DNA of 64,000 nucleotides, taken from IMG/VR virus record IMGVR_UViG_3300045988_075875; one strand, 5' to 3'. Under the pieces are notes generated by a model that was given only the letters and a program-made list of their open reading frames with translations, searched no databases and was not told the DNA's origin. Positions 60,192 through 64,000 of the stretch are shown one piece after another; position 1 is the first letter of the stretch; each line of letters starts with the position of its first letter. Source of the stretch: a virus. Position numbers and translations under genes: made by a program.

Positions 60192-60551
60192 TCAGCCCTT
60201 CTTTCTTTCCTGCTCCTCAAAGTAAAACTCAATCGGTTTTTCGGCCTCGATGACATTGCCATAGACCACGCCAATCTTGTAGATATAGTTCTCGCGCAGC
60301 TTTCGCGGAATTTCTGCGATGTAGCGTCTAAAAGTTTCAAGCGAATTTGCACGCTTGTAGTGGTTGCACATCCGGCAGGCTGGCATGAGGTTGTCAAGGT
60401 CATCTGTTCCAGCGTCCTCAATACCCCACGCCCTCAATGGGAGGAAATGGTCTACCTGCATATCCTTGTAGGCGATTTCGCGTCCACAATACGCACAGTG
60501 GCCATTATACTTTCGGTAGACCGCTTCACGCTTTGATTTGCTAATTGCCAT
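60192..60551 (-). CDS. HNH endonuclease
   Basis: 119 aa; CAYCGREI...QVDHFLPL...DNLMPACRMCNHYK. Confidence 0.85.
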   Translation of the reverse strand: MAISKSKREAVYRKYNGHCAYCGREIAYKDMQVDHFLPLRAWGIEDAGTDDLDNLMPACRMCNHYKRANSLETFRRYIAEIPRKLRENYIYKIGVVYGNVIEAEKPIEFYFEEQERKKG

Positions 60552-61209
60552 TTTTCTTCGCCCCCAATACTTTCTCCGCCTCTTCGCTTACCGCAGTAAT
60601 TCTCCCCTGTTTTACCAGATCACAGAATACATTGTAATCCATGTGAAACACAATTCCGCAACTGCTGCAATAGCGAATTGCAAGCTCTACATCCTTCATA
60701 AGTCGCGGACTGTCGATGTTTTCCTTGCATAGCAAAGTGCGCCCACTGGTAAATGGCAGCACCACCAGCCGACCGGCTCTGTCGGCCTCCATCAGCGCAA
60801 CAATGCGCTTAAATGTCACGCCCTTACTGATGGCCTCATCCTCAAACGTCTTGTAATTGGCGCACATCGCAGGTTCCAGGCCCGTGTCCTCATATTGCAT
60901 GAGCCTGCCCCGCAGTTCTGCGTATGACCATGCTACGGTATAAAGCAGGGCAAGCAGGCCTGTCGGCTCATCAGGGCCGTCCAGCAAAAGCTCACCCATC
61001 GCATAGTCTACGCCATCATCATCCATTGGAAAGTCCAAGTCCGGCAGCAAAATCTTTGCGGCTTTGCGGATAAAATCGTAGAGCCGGATGTCTGGGTAAT
61101 CCGGGCCATCACCTCCGCCCCGCACCCACGTTTCGGAGTCTTTGATGTAAAACAGATTCAGGGCGGCATCAAGGTTGTTATCCGGGCAATTAGTTGTCAA
61201 TCTTTTCAT
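60541..61209 (-). CDS. hypothetical protein
   Basis: 222 aa, GGAGGAAAGG RBS. Confidence 0.6.
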   Translation of the reverse strand: MKRLTTNCPDNNLDAALNLFYIKDSETWVRGGGDGPDYPDIRLYDFIRKAAKILLPDLDFPMDDDGVDYAMGELLLDGPDEPTGLLALLYTVAWSYAELRGRLMQYEDTGLEPAMCANYKTFEDEAISKGVTFKRIVALMEADRAGRLVVLPFTSGRTLLCKENIDSPRLMKDVELAIRYCSSCGIVFHMDYNVFCDLVKQGRITAVSEEAEKVLGAKKNGN

Positions 61210-61587
61210 TTACCTTTCCTCCTTCGGCGGTTCCGGCAGCGGCATCCACGCCAAAGCACGAGCATTTGTTCCATTGGCAACTTCACCGCCCCAGCGCCCG
61301 TTGTTTTGATATCCGAGTGCGTAATTTACAAACATTCCATTAAAGTCTCCATAGCGGAAATACTCACCCCAACACAGCACTTTCCGAAAATTCTCCGGTA
61401 GCCGCTCCTCCACCGGGATCCAGTGGGGCACCTGCCCCCGCAGTTTCTCAATTTCTTTCGCCTGCGCTTCGATCCGGTCAGCAGCTTCTGTCAGATCATC
61501 GCCCAGCGTGATCGGCGTTTCCCACTCATTTGCCCACGCCCATTCTGCGTGCTCACGCAGCGCATTTACGAGGTCTTGATCGTTCAT
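61210..61587 (-). CDS. DUF551-like phage protein
   Basis: Start ATG 61587 (ATGA coupling); ...WIPVEERLPENFRKVLCWG...WMPLPEPP. Confidence 0.55.
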   Translation of the reverse strand: MNDQDLVNALREHAEWAWANEWETPITLGDDLTEAADRIEAQAKEIEKLRGQVPHWIPVEERLPENFRKVLCWGEYFRYGDFNGMFVNYALGYQNNGRWGGEVANGTNARALAWMPLPEPPKEER

Positions 61588-62114
61588 AATTCCCCTTCCA
61601 ATTTCATAAAGCAGCCCCAAAAGGTCTGCGATTTTTTCCCGCTGTGGTGCCCGAAAAGAGGGCGTTCTCCGATTGCCGCCCAAACATCTGCGGCGGGGAT
61701 TTGCGTTTCTGCCCACTTAAAAATCAGCACACCGTCCGGTTTTAATACGCGCATACACTCGCGGAATCCGTCATGCAGCATTTCGCGCCAATTCTCTCCG
61801 AGATGCCCGTACTTCTTCTGCAGCCACGCATTTTCGCTGATGCGCAAAAGGTGTGGCGGGTCAAATACGACCAGCGCAAAAGAATTATTGGGAAACGGTA
61901 GATCCGTGAAGTCGCACAGCACGTCAGGATGCACGATGCAGGTTCGTTCTGAATCTTTATTGCTACTTTTCCAGACCCCCGTGTATTCCTCGTCCCGAAC
62001 GTCGCAGTAGATCGCAGCGGGATGGTTCTTGCTAAACCAAATTGATCTGCCCCCGCAGGTCACGTCAAGAATTTTCTTTCCATGCAATTCGTTTAAAAGG
62101 TTTGTATCTCTCAT
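61584..62114 (-). CDS. SAM-dependent (DNA) methyltransferase with DPPH motif
   Basis: ATG 62114 (GGGAGG RBS); KILDVTCGGRSIW (motif I-like), LVVFDPPHL (motif IV-like). Confidence 0.6.
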   Translation of the reverse strand: MRDTNLLNELHGKKILDVTCGGRSIWFSKNHPAAIYCDVRDEEYTGVWKSSNKDSERTCIVHPDVLCDFTDLPFPNNSFALVVFDPPHLLRISENAWLQKKYGHLGENWREMLHDGFRECMRVLKPDGVLIFKWAETQIPAADVWAAIGERPLFGHHSGKKSQTFWGCFMKLEGEL

Positions 62115-62806
62115 AGTTCCTCCCTTATATCTCCGCCCCATTGCTCCGCCATGGCTCTGGCAATGCCGGGGAAGGTCTTGCTCCTTGCCCTTGCCGTGCG
62201 CGGGTCATTCCATCTCAGGACTTTCCCCTTTTCATCTTTCGCATAATTCGCACTCGCACCTATACTGTATCCACCTGGTAAAATTTCCCCTGCGTCTACA
62301 ATATTTGTAGGTTTCAAAGCTGGAAGTCCCTTTAACCACAGGCAAGTCTTTTTTCTTGCCTGGTGCCCGAACTCATACGGCTGGATAATGCAATCCGGCT
62401 TACGATAGTATGTAGACATATATCCAACGGGATTTTCCACTGCGATTTTGCAAACATCTGCATTTGCAAAAGCCATGAAAAACGCCGCAGCTTCTTCCCG
62501 CAACGCCAGCCGCCTGACCGCCTTTTCCCCATATCTTTCCGTGTTAAACCAACGATTCCCGGTAACAGTTAAATATGTGCACGGAGGGTGCGCGATCAGC
62601 AAGTCCCACCTGTCGACGTCATGCGTCTCCCCGTCCATGGTAATCACTTGCCCTCCCTCGATGGCCTTGAGCGCATCTCCTAAGATGTGCCACTCAGGAT
62701 GCCCGCCGGACGGCTTCTGAATGTCGCAGCTATACGCCTCGTGCCCTAGCGCCCGGAACGCCTTGCAGACTTCCTGCGATTCCTCGCAGGCTATCAACAC
62801 TTTCAT
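62111..62806 (-). CDS. C5-cytosine methyltransferase-like protein (PPC and ENP motifs, no canonical FxGxG)
   Basis: ATG 62806 (GGAGG RBS); LLIAHPPCTYLTVTG, IAVENPVG. Confidence 0.5.
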   Translation of the reverse strand: MKVLIACEESQEVCKAFRALGHEAYSCDIQKPSGGHPEWHILGDALKAIEGGQVITMDGETHDVDRWDLLIAHPPCTYLTVTGNRWFNTERYGEKAVRRLALREEAAAFFMAFANADVCKIAVENPVGYMSTYYRKPDCIIQPYEFGHQARKKTCLWLKGLPALKPTNIVDAGEILPGGYSIGASANYAKDEKGKVLRWNDPRTARARSKTFPGIARAMAEQWGGDIREEL

Positions 62807-63150
62807 GTGTCCTCCACCTCCGCAAGCCAGAACTCCTTTTTGCACTCAAAGCAAGTTCGCTTGTTGCAGTCGATACCCGTATTTCCGAATACATCCATTG
62901 GGCAAGCATTAAGGAATCCCGAATCAGTTTGTGCGTTCGGAAACAGCTTCAAGAACTCGCTCTGTCGGGTTTTGGCGGGGTGCTCGGCGGCCCACTGTTC
63001 CACGATAGCAACGGCCTCCTCCGGGTGGGCTTTTCTCCAGGCTGTGCAGGTTTCATGCACGATAAGCCTTTTCCCAAGCTCGCATTGACTGCAGCACTCG
63101 CAGTTGCACATTCTGCGCAACGTTTTTAAATACTTTATAGCATCCATCAT
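62803..63150 (-). CDS. Cys-rich hypothetical protein
   Basis: 115 aa; CNCECCSQC...CFEC. Confidence 0.55.
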   Translation of the reverse strand: MMDAIKYLKTLRRMCNCECCSQCELGKRLIVHETCTAWRKAHPEEAVAIVEQWAAEHPAKTRQSEFLKLFPNAQTDSGFLNACPMDVFGNTGIDCNKRTCFECKKEFWLAEVEDT

Positions 63151-63311
63151 TTTCCCTCCCCTTCCTCGTCCAATTCGTTAAAATACTGGCTCCCGCAGTA
63201 GGGACAGCCCACCTTCCGAAACCGCTCAAAAAAGCAGTCCGGGCGCGGGTCAGACCCGACTAAGATCATCGGTGCTTCAAAATCTGCGCCGCAGGTTTCA
63301 CAGTGATACAT
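63147..63311 (-). CDS. small zinc-ribbon protein (54 aa)
   Basis: Hand-found MYHCETCGADFEAPMILVGSDPRPDCFFERFRKVGCPYCGSQYFNELDEEGEGK; ATGA coupling. Confidence 0.45.
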   Translation of the reverse strand: MYHCETCGADFEAPMILVGSDPRPDCFFERFRKVGCPYCGSQYFNELDEEGEGK

Positions 63312-63534
63312 GGTGTTTCCCTTTCTCCGGGCGGTAAACGTCTCCCCGGTTCCACGCCTTTGTGGCGCAGTTCAGACCGTGGTACGGTCTGGTCCGCGCC
63401 CCGCAGGAAGCGCACGCCACGATGTAGTCAAAGGGCGGCGCCGCATCCTCGACCCGCTCCCCGCTGTCCAGTCCGCAGAGGGGGCAGGGTGGCAGCTTTT
63501 TATTCCACCCTACTCTCCGGTTCTCCCTGTTCAC
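63298..63534 (-). CDS. Lar-family restriction-alleviation-like protein
   Basis: 78 aa; CPLCG...YIVACASCGARTRPYHGLNCATKAWNRG fits the Lar pattern as I recall it. Confidence 0.5.
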   Translation of the reverse strand: MNRENRRVGWNKKLPPCPLCGLDSGERVEDAAPPFDYIVACASCGARTRPYHGLNCATKAWNRGDVYRPEKGKHHVSL

Positions 63535-63728
63535 GGCGTTCCACCTCCCAGAATGGCTTTCGTCAGCAAAATCGCCACCAAAAGCAAGAAGCAGATTCCG
63601 CCGATCAGGGCGGATGTGTCCGCCCGCTCCCGGCGCCGCTGCTCTCTGGTTTTGCGGTTCTTCTCCGCCCGCCGCCGTTCCATCTCCCAGTAGGCTTCCT
63701 GTTCCCAGTAATCGTTGCTGTGCTTCAT
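63531..63728 (-). CDS. small membrane protein
   Basis: Start at ATG 63728 (MKHSNDYWEQEAYWEMERRR...ALIGGICFLLLVAILL). Confidence 0.45.
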   Translation of the reverse strand: MKHSNDYWEQEAYWEMERRRAEKNRKTREQRRRERADTSALIGGICFLLLVAILLTKAILGGGTP

Positions 63729-64000
63729 GTCCCGCTCCTTTCGTGTCTGGCCGTTCTTGGTGCCTCTCTCCGCAGTTTCCGTTTGCACCGACTCAGAAAA
63801 TCCGCGTCCATGTGCATCTCCCGGCAAATATCCGCCGGGTCTGTCCGTGCTTCCAGCATCTCCCGCAGCTTCTGCATTTCCGCTTCCCGCAGAAGGGGCG
63901 GCCGCCCGCCGCGGCTGGTAGTCCGACCTCCGCCCGCGCAGTTCACGCATTCCGCATAGGGGCAGTGGTTCAGGCAGTAGTCGATCTGGCTCTGCCGGTC
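63725..64000 (-). CDS. hypothetical protein with HTH-like C-terminus; N-terminus beyond window edge
   Basis: Frame stays open upstream of the track's GTG start to position 64000 (...DRQSQIDYCLNHCPYAECVNCAGGG...). Confidence 0.45.
   Translation of the reverse strand, partial: DRQSQIDYCLNHCPYAECVNCAGGGRTTSRGGRPPLLREAEMQKLREMLEARTDPADICREMHMDADFLSRCKRKLRREAPRTARHERSGT

Noticed and set aside
1-64000. CRISPR arrays, rRNA, IS or transposase genes, reverse transcriptase (DGR or retron), replication genes
   Set aside because: I looked for regularly spaced repeats, transposase or RT motifs (YxDD), and DnaB, primase or SSB-like ORFs, and saw none. Replication functions presumably lie outside the window.

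Overview
GC-rich, Firmicutes-style DNA (GGAGG-type RBS, hairpin plus T-run terminators) that reads as one temperate tailed phage or prophage with a lambda-like layout, cut at both window edges. All calls come from reading the sequence and ORF track by hand; no searches were run. (1) 1-4.1 kb is the immunity/lysogeny module: antirepressor and Cro-like gene leftward, CI-like and HTH genes plus a tyrosine integrase rightward. It ends at an att site built on a tRNA 3' fragment that carries arm-type repeats on BOTH sides, so it looks like attP. (2) 4.2-26.7 kb is a ~22 kb accessory arm. It holds a leftward operon with three DNA methyltransferases, ASCH and DUF4406-like genes, then ~1 kb of G-tract-rich non-coding DNA. 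Next comes a rightward block of orphan plasmid/ICE-style genes saturated with the polar motif GAACAG/CTGAACAG. It also contains tRNA-Gly and tRNA-Gln flanking a 544-nt repeat-structured non-coding segment (large ncRNA candidate), HU, two promoter-terminator morons, a cysteine desulfurase and a XerC/D-like recombinase. (3) 26.0-28.9 kb has a small serine invertase next to two convergent, mirror-image tail-fibre cassettes, each preceded by the same 14-bp inverted repeat. This is a candidate host-range inversion switch. (4) 28.9-57.3 kb is the minus-strand late operon (terminase, portal, capsid, tail, 1744-aa tape measure). Unusually, holin, endolysin and two homing-endonuclease-like genes sit in the middle of it. 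(5) 57.4-64.0 kb holds minus-strand early accessory genes: three more methyltransferases, HNH, Lar-like and many small ORFs. I saw no replication genes, rRNA, CRISPR array, transposase or reverse transcriptase. Most long ORFs antisense to these genes are GC-rich shadow ORFs.
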